Shown in pieces: positions 26,424-35,699 of a stretch of DNA of 64,000 bases. The DNA is taken from the IMG/VR virus record IMGVR_UViG_3300045125_000168, positions 1 through 64,000 of that record; one strand, 5' to 3'. The position numbers were made by a program, and so were the translations under genes. How positions within the stretch are numbered: position 1 is the first letter of the stretch; each line of letters begins with the position of its first letter. The notes below the pieces were generated by a model. The model saw nothing but the letters and a program-made list of their open reading frames with translations, searched no databases and was not told the DNA's origin.

Positions 26424-27481
26424 ATGAATTTCTTTCAGCACGTTCTAGCAAAATATTCATTCTACGAAGTCCTTGGCTTGACCTTCGGTACTCCCAAATC
26501 TGAGATTCAAAGAGAGCTAGAAAAGGATCAATTTACCGCCCTTTGCTTAACGGACAAAGGCAGGGTGTATTTTGCATACAAAGCTCCAGAAGATGAAAAG
26601 GAAGTGGACCATATTTATATTGACCTAAAAAACAACAAAACTACAGTAGACGACAAACATAATCAGACTCCGGGCACACGCAAGCTGCTAGATTTCCTAA
26701 TACGGAATAAAATCATAGATAAGTCCTTTGATATCAAAACGAAATCTATATTCTTTAAAACCGAAAACGAACCTGATTTTGATTTTTTCGAGATCCAAGA
26801 AACTCTTTGACCAGGGCTATCCGTGGTAATTTTATTCTTTATCACGGCACAAGCTCCGAGGATTGGGAAAAAATCAAGACAAAGGGTCTGGTCCCTTTGT
26901 TTCACGGTTCTAATCAAAAAGGTGGGTTTGAAAGCCGCGAAAAACACCCGGAAAACACAAAGGTTTTGTATTTAGCATCGAGCAAGGATACTGCTCTTCA
27001 TTATGCTAAGGCGCGTTGCTCCTCTCTCAAAATACAGGCAAAGCGTGAGGGTAAAAATACCATGGATGACTACGGGGGTCATGGAGTGCATATTGATGGC
27101 GTCCACGTTTACCCCGTGGTCCTAGAAGTTCATGTTCCAGACGTTGCGCGCCTAGTCGCCGATGACGATTATGTGAACGAAATGGCACGGGCTTTATCTC
27201 GTAAGATCTGGAGTGAAAAAGAGGATCAAGAAAAGAAAGCAATTTTAGAGAAGCTCAAAGCATCACGAACAGACCTGTCTCCCGATTGGAGGAATTGGCA
27301 TGACCCTTTGGTACAGCAAATGTTATGGCGAGAAACGGATGAGGGCTTCAAAGAGATCATGAGCCACATCCCCAAAGAAAGATATACACAGTGGTTTGAA
27401 AGCCTTAAACAATCCAAACAAGTTGGCTATCGAGGTATCATTCCACCCAAGTTCCTTAAACTGCTGCCGATCAAAAAATGA
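26424..27481 (+). CDS. Leader-tagged protein with C-terminal ADP-ribosyltransferase-like domain (26424..26810 and 26807..27481 probably fused)
   Basis: LYHGTS...IKTKGL-x-P, LYLASSKDTALHYA and YPVVLEV are the H-Y class ART fold signature. Confidence 0.6.
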
Positions 27482-27498
27482 CATGAAGGAGAGCAGCC

Positions 27499-28775
27499 AT
27501 GCCTGTCGGAGTTGTGAAAAGTCCACGCGACGAAAAAATTTGGCAAAGAAAAGTTGCAGAGGTTGCGAAAACTCGCGGCAAGAAAAAATCGGCCTTCACC
27601 AGCCAGGACTGGGCACTGGTCAACATGCTCTTTCAAAAAGCTAAGAAAAAGTACCTCGGCAAAAAGCTCCCCGGAAATACGTTGCCGCCTCTTTAAGCGA
27701 TTGGAGCAATCTTTGGGTTCATTACACGGACGTGAATAAGCTCGGTGTGAACCCGCAACAGTTTCACCTAGACCTCGCCGGAATATATCTCTTCCCAAAG
27801 ACTTTGAGACTAAAGGGACACTTTGGAAGCAAAAAATATAAGTTTGTTGTCGAGGTATCCCAATCGGCAAGAATACTTGATCTGTCAAAGATCACCCAAC
27901 CTGAAATGGAGTCGATTTTAGATAAAATCGGCATTAAATACGATCGCAACGGATTGAACAAAGATCAATTTTGGGAGTATTTGAAAGGATATTATTCGTT
28001 ATCCTCGGGCACTAAGAAAGTCGGAAAGTGGAATCGAGACTTCAGAGACCTCGGCTATGACGCTGTATTTGACGACACCGGATCAATTCATAACTCTGAA
28101 GTTCAGTTGGTTGTCTTAAACCCTAAGATATTGAAAATCATCGATGTTGAGAGCCAAAGCATTAAACGCGGTCAATTTGATCGGGTGTCCAAACATCTCG
28201 ATATTCTCGCCTCTCTTTTACGGTCTTACGGTAAAATAGAAAAAAACGTAAAAAAAGAAATCGAACGCTACTCCCAAGGCAAGAGTAGAACGATAGGTCA
28301 GCTTAGACTTACACTCCCCGGTGACGCTTATATCAAATGGCGGGTGGAGGAGGACGAAGCCAATCACGAGATACGGGTTTCGATGGATTATTCAAATGTT
28401 GACACCCTCAGAGACAACTGGGGGTTTCAAGAGATTCGTGCCATTTAAAAGTACGATGATAGCGAAAAAATAAAAAATCTCGTGGAGCGGGTGATGCGCA
28501 AGGCTGGGTTAAGTGAGGTGCAGGCATCATTCCTACATCGCCTCGAAAGCGCATATAATCGTCTTGTTTGGACACCATCCCAAGTCCATGAGAAGATCGC
28601 AAGTGTATTGAATCTTCTAAACTCGAAGATGCCAAAAGGCTCGTTCTGCCAAGCAACGGTCGAACTTAACGACGATGTACCCGTCGTCCGTGTTCTCTTA
28701 GGACCAAACGAACGATCCTTACACTGCGGAGAGAATCGGCTCCTTCGCTTTCTATTCCACCGCTCGCGGGATTGA
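27499..28775 (+). CDS. Second ART-like protein with a small basic N-terminal head domain; frameshifts near 27677 and probably 28445
   Basis: Reading frame 27678 onward gives WVHYT...AGIYLF...ILDL...LGYDAVFD...EVQLVVLNPKILKI, an ART-PolyVal-like pattern. The N-terminal part is DEKIWQR...DWALVNMLFQK. Confidence 0.5.
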
Positions 28776-29024
28776 GTGGTACACCAAACACATCGGTCCA
28801 CCGACCACACCTTTTCAGCCACAACAGGGTATGGTGTTCGTGTCCTATTTCTGCGACCTGAACTCTGAAGGTGAAAGACCCGTTGGTTTGATGCATTTAA
28901 ATGCCTCTGATGAAGCCTGGGTGCATACCTTGATGCAAGCTCCATGTCCAATTTTTCAATTTCGACCTTGACATTTTTTCTCCCTGCTTATCTTTAGGGT
29001 GAGATCAGCAAAAGGAGAAAAACT

Positions 29025-29364
29025 ATGCTAAATGTGCTTGAAAACCTCTATCGCGATTTTCCTTTTCGACCCTCACGGATACTAACAACACGCCAACGAT
29101 CGTCGAAACAAAAGACGCTTGGACTATCGAAATGGATATGCCAGGAGTCTCAAAGACAAAATCGAGATCAAAGCCTCGGGCGTTCATCTCGATGTGCGTG
29201 GTGAGCGAAAACGCAAAGGCCAAGCGTTTGTGTATCACGAAAAGTTCCGTCTCCCTGACACCCTTCGCAGCGCAGAGGGTATCACGGCTACAACAGAGAA
29301 CGGCGTTCTGACGGTGACGATTCCAAAACAGGCAAGCGGAGTCCTACAAATTCCCGTCAACTGA
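29025..29364 (+). CDS. hsp20: Small heat-shock protein (Hsp20/alpha-crystallin), frameshifted
   Basis: AGGAG SD; IVETKDAWTIEMDMPGV...LDVRGER...FRLP...ITATTENGVLTVTIPK. Confidence 0.9.
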
Positions 29365-29428
29365 AAAAGCGGGAGACCAAAACCCTGTAATCTTAACCTA
29401 TTAGAATGATGGCATTTAGACCAAAGGT

Positions 29429-29455
29429 TAAGTAACATTTGCTTTCTTCCGATAA
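29429..29455 (+). promoter_or_regulatory. sigma28/FliA-like promoter
   Basis: TAAG-N15-TCCGATAA, 18 nt before ATG 29474. Confidence 0.65.
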
Positions 29456-29473
29456 GTAAAGGGGAGAGGCATC

Positions 29474-29985
29474 ATGGGGTTTTTACATCGGGTACTTTTA
29501 GCTCTCGAAAAGCCTGCGCTTGGTATGACGATCAACACCAGGGCGCAGGCTCGCCACGTTTTGTATGCTTCCAATCTCCCTAAAATGATTTGTGAGCATC
29601 TCATCAAATACGCTATTTTCCCGAATGACCAAGCTGCAAACCATTGGCTTACAGAATTGAATGCTTTTTTGGCGATCTCAAGGATGGTGTCGCTAAGACC
29701 ATTCAGGAACAAGGCCGCGACGTGCCTTACTACAAGTCGATGCACTTCAAAGCCAAGGATGTAGTTGAGGTACTAAACAGCAATATCAACTCTTCGGCAC
29801 TGCGAAGTCTTGAGAGAACAAAAAATACCCTGATCTTAGAAAAAGACTTCCCGAACATTTTGATAGAGGACCGCTTCACTACGGCTATAGCCTCACAGAA
29901 CACAAAGATAGCGAACAGGGCTACGTTTGGGTTTTGCGCTACCAAGGCAAAGTCTTGTGGCAAGGTTGACGTCCCACGACGATAA
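29474..29985 (+). CDS. Leader-tagged DUF29-like helical protein, frameshifted
   Basis: MGFLHRVLLA; ICEHLIK...HWLTELNAF resembles the HLLK...W-x-x-EI pattern. Confidence 0.4.
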
Positions 29986-30059
29986 AAGCCAACTAAAAGA
30001 TTTCGGGGGCTAACTAAAAAGCCAAAAGCCAATTCTTGACGGTGCCTTGAATTTTTTTC

Positions 30060-30087
30060 TAAAGTTTTTGCAAAAGGATTCCGATAA
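30060..30087 (+). promoter_or_regulatory. sigma28/FliA-like promoter
   Basis: TAAA-N16-TCCGATAA upstream of the XRE regulator. Confidence 0.65.
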
Positions 30088-30122
30088 TGAAAAAATTCCT
30101 CGGATTATTTAAAGGGTAGCTT

Positions 30123-30467
30123 ATGGGTCGTCGTAAGAAAATCGACAGTCCCTTTCGGACTATTCTGTGTCAATACATGGAAAACAATAAGCTAAGTGTT
30201 AGAGACGCTGCACAGATTGCTGGTGTTCCACCGTCAACTCTCGCTAACTGGCGAGCCGGTGCGTCACCGGATAACCACTTGGCACTCAAGCGACTAAGCG
30301 ATCACTTTGGCGTGAGTTTAGCCTTTTTGTTGACGGGTGAGCACGAGAAATTTGAGAGACCAGACGAGTCACTTCGCCAAAAAATACGCGAAGATCTTGC
30401 CTGTGATTGCATCGTTCTTGAAAATTCAAAATTAATTATTCAAATTTGTCGTGATGAAAAAACCTAA
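30123..30467 (+). CDS. XRE/Cro-C1-type HTH transcriptional regulator
   Basis: LSVRDAAQIAGVPPSTLANWRAGASP...LKRLSDHFGVSLAFLLTG. Confidence 0.9.
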   Translation: MGRRKKIDSPFRTILCQYMENNKLSVRDAAQIAGVPPSTLANWRAGASPDNHLALKRLSDHFGVSLAFLLTGEHEKFERPDESLRQKIREDLACDCIVLENSKLIIQICRDEKT

Positions 30468-31219
30468 ATCGTGATTTTCCTGGCCTTGGGTTTTTTACGA
30501 CGAAAAGCAGCGGGGATTTCTTTCTTCGCAGGCATCTCCACATGCAAATTAAAAATGTAGTCTACATAGGACGGAGAGATGCGGAGCTTATCTAAGAGAG
30601 CCGCAAGATTGTGGGCGCTGGTGATAAGAATCCTGGTGTAAGAACTGAAATTGAGCAAAAACTGATAGGTCTTCGATAAATCATAATTGCTCGGGTCTTC
30701 GGTTATCACTCCCCAGACCAGAGTGTGGTTTGGCTTTAAAAGATACATTCTTTGAAATTCGAGTTGCATGAGCCACAAGAAACTCACGTCCACACCACTC
30801 AAGCTCTTCATCTGAATCGCTCGTGCACATAGACCGCACAGTAGATGGTACAAGAAGGCTTCAACAGACGTGCTCGCCTCTTGTGCTCCGATGAAAACAT
30901 GCGGGAAGCTGTTGATGATAATTAAAGGATGCTCTACAGGCCATCCTTCGATCAGTTCCCCGACTTTATCTTGTTGCAACGCGACAGGAAGTTGGACGAG
31001 TTCACCTTGAGCAACGGCAAAATCCATCGCTTTGAACTTGTGGTGAGCAAAATCCTCGCGGCTAACTTTATCGGTTAGCGCGAGAAATTTGCGCGGAATA
31101 CCAAACGAAGCCGCCATCGCTTGAGCAGGCGACGAACGACTAAGCTCTTGCACTTCGTTCGTGCTGTAATCGCAAGGCTTGCTCGTGGGCAGCGGCTGAC
31201 GTTGACGTTGTTCAAACAC
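30464..31219 (-). CDS. Hypothetical protein (weak resemblance to a degenerate DnaC/IstB-type loader N-terminus, FGIPRKF)
   Basis: Clean 251-aa ORF; no Walker A motif seen. Confidence 0.45.
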   Translation of the reverse strand: MFEQRQRQPLPTSKPCDYSTNEVQELSRSSPAQAMAASFGIPRKFLALTDKVSREDFAHHKFKAMDFAVAQGELVQLPVALQQDKVGELIEGWPVEHPLIIINSFPHVFIGAQEASTSVEAFLYHLLCGLCARAIQMKSLSGVDVSFLWLMQLEFQRMYLLKPNHTLVWGVITEDPSNYDLSKTYQFLLNFSSYTRILITSAHNLAALLDKLRISPSYVDYIFNLHVEMPAKKEIPAAFRRKKPKARKITI

Positions 31220-31221
31220 GA

Positions 31222-31560
31222 TTACGGCCTCAAAAGAGTCAGCTTGGAGTAGGCTTGCAGATACTCGTTTTTGTACTGTGCAATCAACTCAGCGTCTGGG
31301 TTTAAAACAAGTAGCCCTGGTGTTGATTTTGGGTTGATACCAATTAGACTTTCTTTGCCGCAAGCCATCGCTTTTGACCAAAATGTTTTGGGCTCGGCAC
31401 TGCTATCCTTAGGTGGTTGCATGATAAAGACCATCGGCTTGCTAAGATAAATAAAATCGTCTTGGTCATTATTCATCAACTCGCCCCAGTATGTGGCCAT
31501 AGAATTTTGCAGGACATAGGCTACGAGGACTGGCTCTTGCGACTCAGGTGCTTCGCTCAT
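31222..31560 (-). CDS. Small phage protein, possibly Sm-like fold
   Basis: TYWGEL...IYLSKP...beta-rich pattern with a C-terminal helix (ELIAQYKNEY). Confidence 0.4.
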   Translation of the reverse strand: MSEAPESQEPVLVAYVLQNSMATYWGELMNNDQDDFIYLSKPMVFIMQPPKDSSAEPKTFWSKAMACGKESLIGINPKSTPGLLVLNPDAELIAQYKNEYLQAYSKLTLLRP

Positions 31561-31678
31561 AAAAATTTCCCTTTAAAATATTTTTTCCATCGTACACAAA
31601 GCCCCTCAGAAAAGAAAAGGTTTTCTTTAGCCAAAAATTATTTCTCCCTGTTAAATCAACAGTTTAAAATAATGCGCC

Positions 31679-31706
31679 TAAAGTCTAGCTGGGTTTCTTC
31701 CGAATA
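31679..31706 (+). promoter_or_regulatory. sigma28/FliA-like promoter
   Basis: TAAA-N16-TCCGAATA, 20 nt before ATG 31727. Confidence 0.6.
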
Positions 31707-31726
31707 GGGGGCCGGAGGAACGCGCT

Positions 31727-32890
31727 ATGCTTAAATATCTCTGGCTGTTTTTGGTCATAGGCTGTCAGCAGCAAGGTCATTCGGATTCGACAGAGGAACC
31801 GCAAGCTCCCGTCTCTCAAATCCCGACAGGTGCAGGTGGGAATAACAGCGGTGGTGGCAATAATGGGAATCCCTCTGTAAGCACACCCGCGAATAATGCG
31901 GCAGCAGATGAGACGCAAGAGGTCAAAATTTGGCTTGCTGGCCCTCTCCCAGGCTGCGACACCAAGAAACAGGGCGCGGCCTACTACGTGCGAGAGGAAG
32001 CTATCTTCAAATATTGTGATGGCACTACCTGGACGACCTTGGACCTAAAAGGCCCACAAGGGGCTCAGGGGGCTCAAGGACCGCAAGGACCGCAGGGCTT
32101 AAATGGCATCGCAGGAGCCACCGGACCCCAAGGGCCGCAAGGTCCGACTGGAGCGGTCGGAGCGCAAGGCCCCCAAGGACCAACAGGTGCCGCAGGGGCG
32201 CAGGGTCCACAAGGCCCAACGGGACCCCAAGGGGCTCAAGGATTGACAGGACTAACGGGACCTCAAGGGGCTCAAGGTTTAACAGGCCCGCAAGGCGCAA
32301 CCGGGCCGCAAGGTCTGCCTGGGAGTATGCGAATTTATGCGGCAAACGGTGACCTGATCGGCAACATGGCGCAGTACAATTACAGTGTGTTCAAGCAAGG
32401 CTCAGATCTCATTCAAGGGCAGCTTGTGGAACGAAATGGATATTTCGCGTTCTTCCAAACCTCTTCAACCTCTCTTGGTCTGTACGCTAATTATGGCGGG
32501 GGGCCTGCAAATTATTACTGGAATACGACTACCGCTTTGAATGGCCAGAGATTTGCCACCATGGGCTACTACACCACCGCAGATTGCTCTGGGCAAGCCT
32601 ACGCCTTTTTGACTAGCGTTGCCCCAGGCTTGGAGCAAGTCAAAAACCTTGCTTTCGCTTGGGGGTCCGGCTCTACTTATATTCCAGGCTACGACGTAGT
32701 TCGCAAAAGTCTAACTTCCTCGTCAGTCACCGTTGCTTCATACCATCGCTGCGACAATGCACCCTGCACCACACCTGAAAGTTTGACCTGCACCTCTACC
32801 AGCGGTACTTACGATGTTTTCCCCGTGCAGATCCAAGCCAAACAAGGGTGGCCAGACAAGCTAAGTGCAGGCTGGTATGTCAGCAACTAA
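31727..32890 (+). CDS. Collagen-like lipoprotein
   Basis: Lipoprotein signal (LWLFLVIGC); Cys domain LPGC...[14 protein letters not shown]; about 29 Gly-X-Y triplets (GPQGAQ...); Cys-containing C-terminal domain. Confidence 0.9.
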   Translation: MLKYLWLFLVIGCQQQGHSDSTEEPQAPVSQIPTGAGGNNSGGGNNGNPSVSTPANNAAADETQEVKIWLAGPLPGCDTKKQGAAYYVREEAIFKYCDGTTWTTLDLKGPQGAQGAQGPQGPQGLNGIAGATGPQGPQGPTGAVGAQGPQGPTGAAGAQGPQGPTGPQGAQGLTGLTGPQGAQGLTGPQGATGPQGLPGSMRIYAANGDLIGNMAQYNYSVFKQGSDLIQGQLVERNGYFAFFQTSSTSLGLYANYGGGPANYYWNTTTALNGQRFATMGYYTTADCSGQAYAFLTSVAPGLEQVKNLAFAWGSGSTYIPGYDVVRKSLTSSSVTVASYHRCDNAPCTTPESLTCTSTSGTYDVFPVQIQAKQGWPDKLSAGWYVSN

Positions 32891-32915
32891 TGCATCTAGT
32901 CGAGTCGGCCAAATC

Positions 32916-33274
32916 CTAGATTTTTTTGATTTTTTGCGCCATTTGTACGGTGTCGATCTTCTGATTCCAATAATCAAGAAGAACAGCGCGATTTAAATCA
33001 AGAAACATTTGTATTTTTTTAAGGAGACTTCCTTTCAGCCTGCCTTGTATCAGTGAGCCGTCTTTGATTTTGATGCTAGGTGCTTTTTGTAGAGATTCCA
33101 TTGTGACGCGACCCTGGCCCAAAATCACTTTCACCCTTGGTCCATGCTGGCTTTCTTTGCCTTCAAATTCTCCCGCCGAAACCCAGAGGATAGCTCCGTC
33201 TACGCCTGTGCTCTTGGAGCGTAGGTTGGACATCGCTTCGATCGCAAATCTTTCAACTTGGTCTAAAAAGACAT
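32916..33274 (-). CDS. Leader-tagged DUF4160-like protein (true ATG likely 33274, needs +1 T)
   Basis: HGPRVKV...LLKKIQMFLDLNRAVLLDYWN; GGGGAG SD then ATG TCT TTT T(T)A GAC = MSFLDQVERFAIEA. Confidence 0.55.
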
Positions 33275-33293
33275 CTCCCCACCCCCTTCTAAC

Positions 33294-33321
33294 TTTTCGG
33301 CATATTATACCAAAAAACTTA
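33294..33321 (-). promoter_or_regulatory. sigma28/FliA-like promoter (also contains TATAAT)
   Basis: TAAG-N16-GCCGAAAA, 19 nt before ATG 33274. Confidence 0.55.
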
Positions 33322-33395
33322 GTAATTGAGCGAGGCATCGTTATAATGCACTAATTTTATTGCAATAACTTGGATCTTATCCTTTGTAGTGGGGG

Positions 33396-33884
33396 TCACT
33401 TCGCCCAAACGACCACATAGAAATTGTTGACGACGGCAGTGCCCATAAATTTTTGTCCTGGGTCATACATGATTGCGGCATGACCAGGGCTGTTGGTCCA
33501 ACCAGTGACCGCAGTTCGAGACGACGGATACCCGCAGGCGACAATCTCACCCGAAGCTCCTTGAGCCCCACAGGCTTGGGCTCTTTGCCAAAACTGCGAA
33601 CCGTCGCTGCCTACGTGACCGCACACATTCATGCGCGAGATATCGCGAGCATGACGCAAAGCCGCACAGTCTAGAGCCGAAGAGGTAAGCACCGTGGACA
33701 GTCCTCGGGCTTGACGTGCTGCGTTGACTTCCCGCGCAAGCTCACTCATACCAGGATTTGGGTTAGGGTTAGGACTTGGATTGTTAGGGTCGCAGGGTGG
33801 CGGATTTGTTCCTTGGACAATCACCTTTTCCTTGCTGCATGAGCCGACTGTGAGCAGTAAGCACACCAAGATAAAACCCAGCAT
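33396..33884 (-). CDS. CAP/SCP-domain lipoprotein
   Basis: Lipobox LTVGSC; PNPNP linker; VNAARQARGL, AALRHARD, GHVGSDGS, GEIVA, WTNSPGH. Confidence 0.9.
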   Translation of the reverse strand: MLGFILVCLLLTVGSCSKEKVIVQGTNPPPCDPNNPSPNPNPNPGMSELAREVNAARQARGLSTVLTSSALDCAALRHARDISRMNVCGHVGSDGSQFWQRAQACGAQGASGEIVACGYPSSRTAVTGWTNSPGHAAIMYDPGQKFMGTAVVNNFYVVVWAK

Positions 33885-33893
33885 ACACTTCCC

Positions 33894-34567
33894 CTAAATG
33901 TTGGTGATTCGTTTTCCGTGTTCATAAATCTCACGCAGTTCTTTTTGACCCTCTAGTGCTGGGATCGAAAAGCGACCGTCTTTTCCCAGCTTTGCCCCTC
34001 GTGTCCAACGCAACTCCTTGGTCTTGAACAAACGACCGTCTTGAAGTAAGGCTTGTTGGATGACATCCTTCTGCTCTTTGTTCGGGCGAAGAGTCCAAGC
34101 ATAACCGAATTGACGACTCTTGATCGGAAGGATTAAGACGAAAAATTCCTGGTCTGCTTCCTCGATATAGGTGATGTCGCTTTTCTCACTGACAAAGTGT
34201 GGACCTTCAATGGAATTGATCTTTGTGGCCCAACGCTTGAAAAACTCGCCATGGCCTTTATGCGAGCGGTTGATCTTGCCCTTGTTCTGCATGAAATCGA
34301 CATGATGGATAAGTTCATGCAGCAGGATTCGACGACGGGTTTTGTCGTCGTTCAAAATATTTTTCTGCACCAGAATCGTGGTTGTATTCGGACTTTTTGA
34401 ATCATAGGTGCATTTGCCAAGCCATGGGCTTTTGGGATTATTTACAATTTTAAAATTTGGAATAGAGATATCGGAAAGGCGGAAATATTTTCGCAATAAT
34501 TTTTCGCCTCTGTCTCAAGGGCAGAAACGGTTTTTGCGGTGACTTCAATGCGCGTCAAGAAAGACAT
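33894..34567 (-). CDS. Leader-tagged SprT-like zinc metalloprotease (frameshift at about 34500)
   Basis: WLGKC...ILLHELIHH...HKGHGEFFKRWA; ATG 34567 gives MSFLTRIEVTA. Confidence 0.85.
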
Positions 34568-34614
34568 GGCATCCTCTCGGGTTCAGATTTATTCTTAAAA
34601 AATCTTGCCCTGCC

Positions 34615-35699
34615 TTGGAGGATGCCTTGAAGTTCGCCATCATTGAGAACCATCAGCCTCTGCCCGTGAAACTCTATGGTGGTATTGAGCGCATTTCGCT
34701 GTTCCACTTCCTGGCTCAGTGCGAGCTAAAGGTCCACGAACCTTTTTTGATTTGCCTCGAAGGGTCCACCGTCTCTCACCCGGACGGACAGGTGATTCAG
34801 ATTTCCAAGGCAGACATGGCCCGATTGATGGGCGGGGACTTGCCGCTCGATGAGTTGGTTCCAGACTGCGACCTTGTGTTGACCAACACTCCAGAACGGC
34901 TTGCGCCTCTAAAAATTTCTGAAAAAACCAAGCAGGTCTGCGTCTGCCACGGGGACTTTAGGGAGCCCACTGGGAGCACCCATCAAATTTTTCTCACACG
35001 AGGGACAACTCGAATCTCACAAGAAAAGAAAACCAGATTTCGAGCAGACCCACAAAAATATCTATGTGGTGCCCAACGGTCTTGACCCTCGTGGTTTTTT
35101 GGTCCCCCGAGCCAGGGCGAGAAATTGTCTGGTTTAGCTCGATCGATGCTCGACAAAGGTCCACACCTTGTCGGTGCATTGGCAAACTTCTTGGGCCGAG
35201 AGATCGTCGCCGCAGGCAACGGCAACCCCAAGCCTTTGGCAGCGATTTGGTCGCTTATGTCGGAGCAATATCTAATGAAGCTGACAAGAGCAAACTTTTT
35301 GCCATGGCCGAGGTCTACCTACACACGGCCCATGACCCTGTGTTCAATGACCCTTGCCCGACTACGGTGTTAGAAGCGCAGATGTGCGGTGTTCCGGTCG
35401 TCGGACTCAAAAGCGGTGGGCTTTCTGAAATTGTGTACGAGCCAAAGTTTGTCTTTGAAAAGATCGAAGACCTCGCCTACTGCCTGCACGGAAAATATTA
35501 TAAAGACATCAAGCGGCAAGACGTGCGGGAATGGGCGCGAGAGCATCATAGTCACTTAGCTATGGCTCGACGCTACAACGAGGTCTTCAAAAAGGCATTG
35601 TTGGCTAGGGGTGTCCGAATATTTCGGCTTTCGTTTCTTTTTGGATTTCCAGCCAAGCTCTTCAGCTATTTTTCTTTGATAGTTTTTCTTGTAGGCTGA
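34615..35699 (+). CDS. GT4 (GT-B) glycosyltransferase, frameshifted at about 35070
   Basis: PLPVKLYGGIER N-terminal motif; DPCPTTVLEAQMCGVPVVG...GGLSEIV (EX7E-like region). Confidence 0.85.

Noticed and set aside
32042-32330. GC-rich tandem DNA repeats as a non-coding repeat or array
   Set aside because: Fully explained by collagen Gly-X-Y codons.
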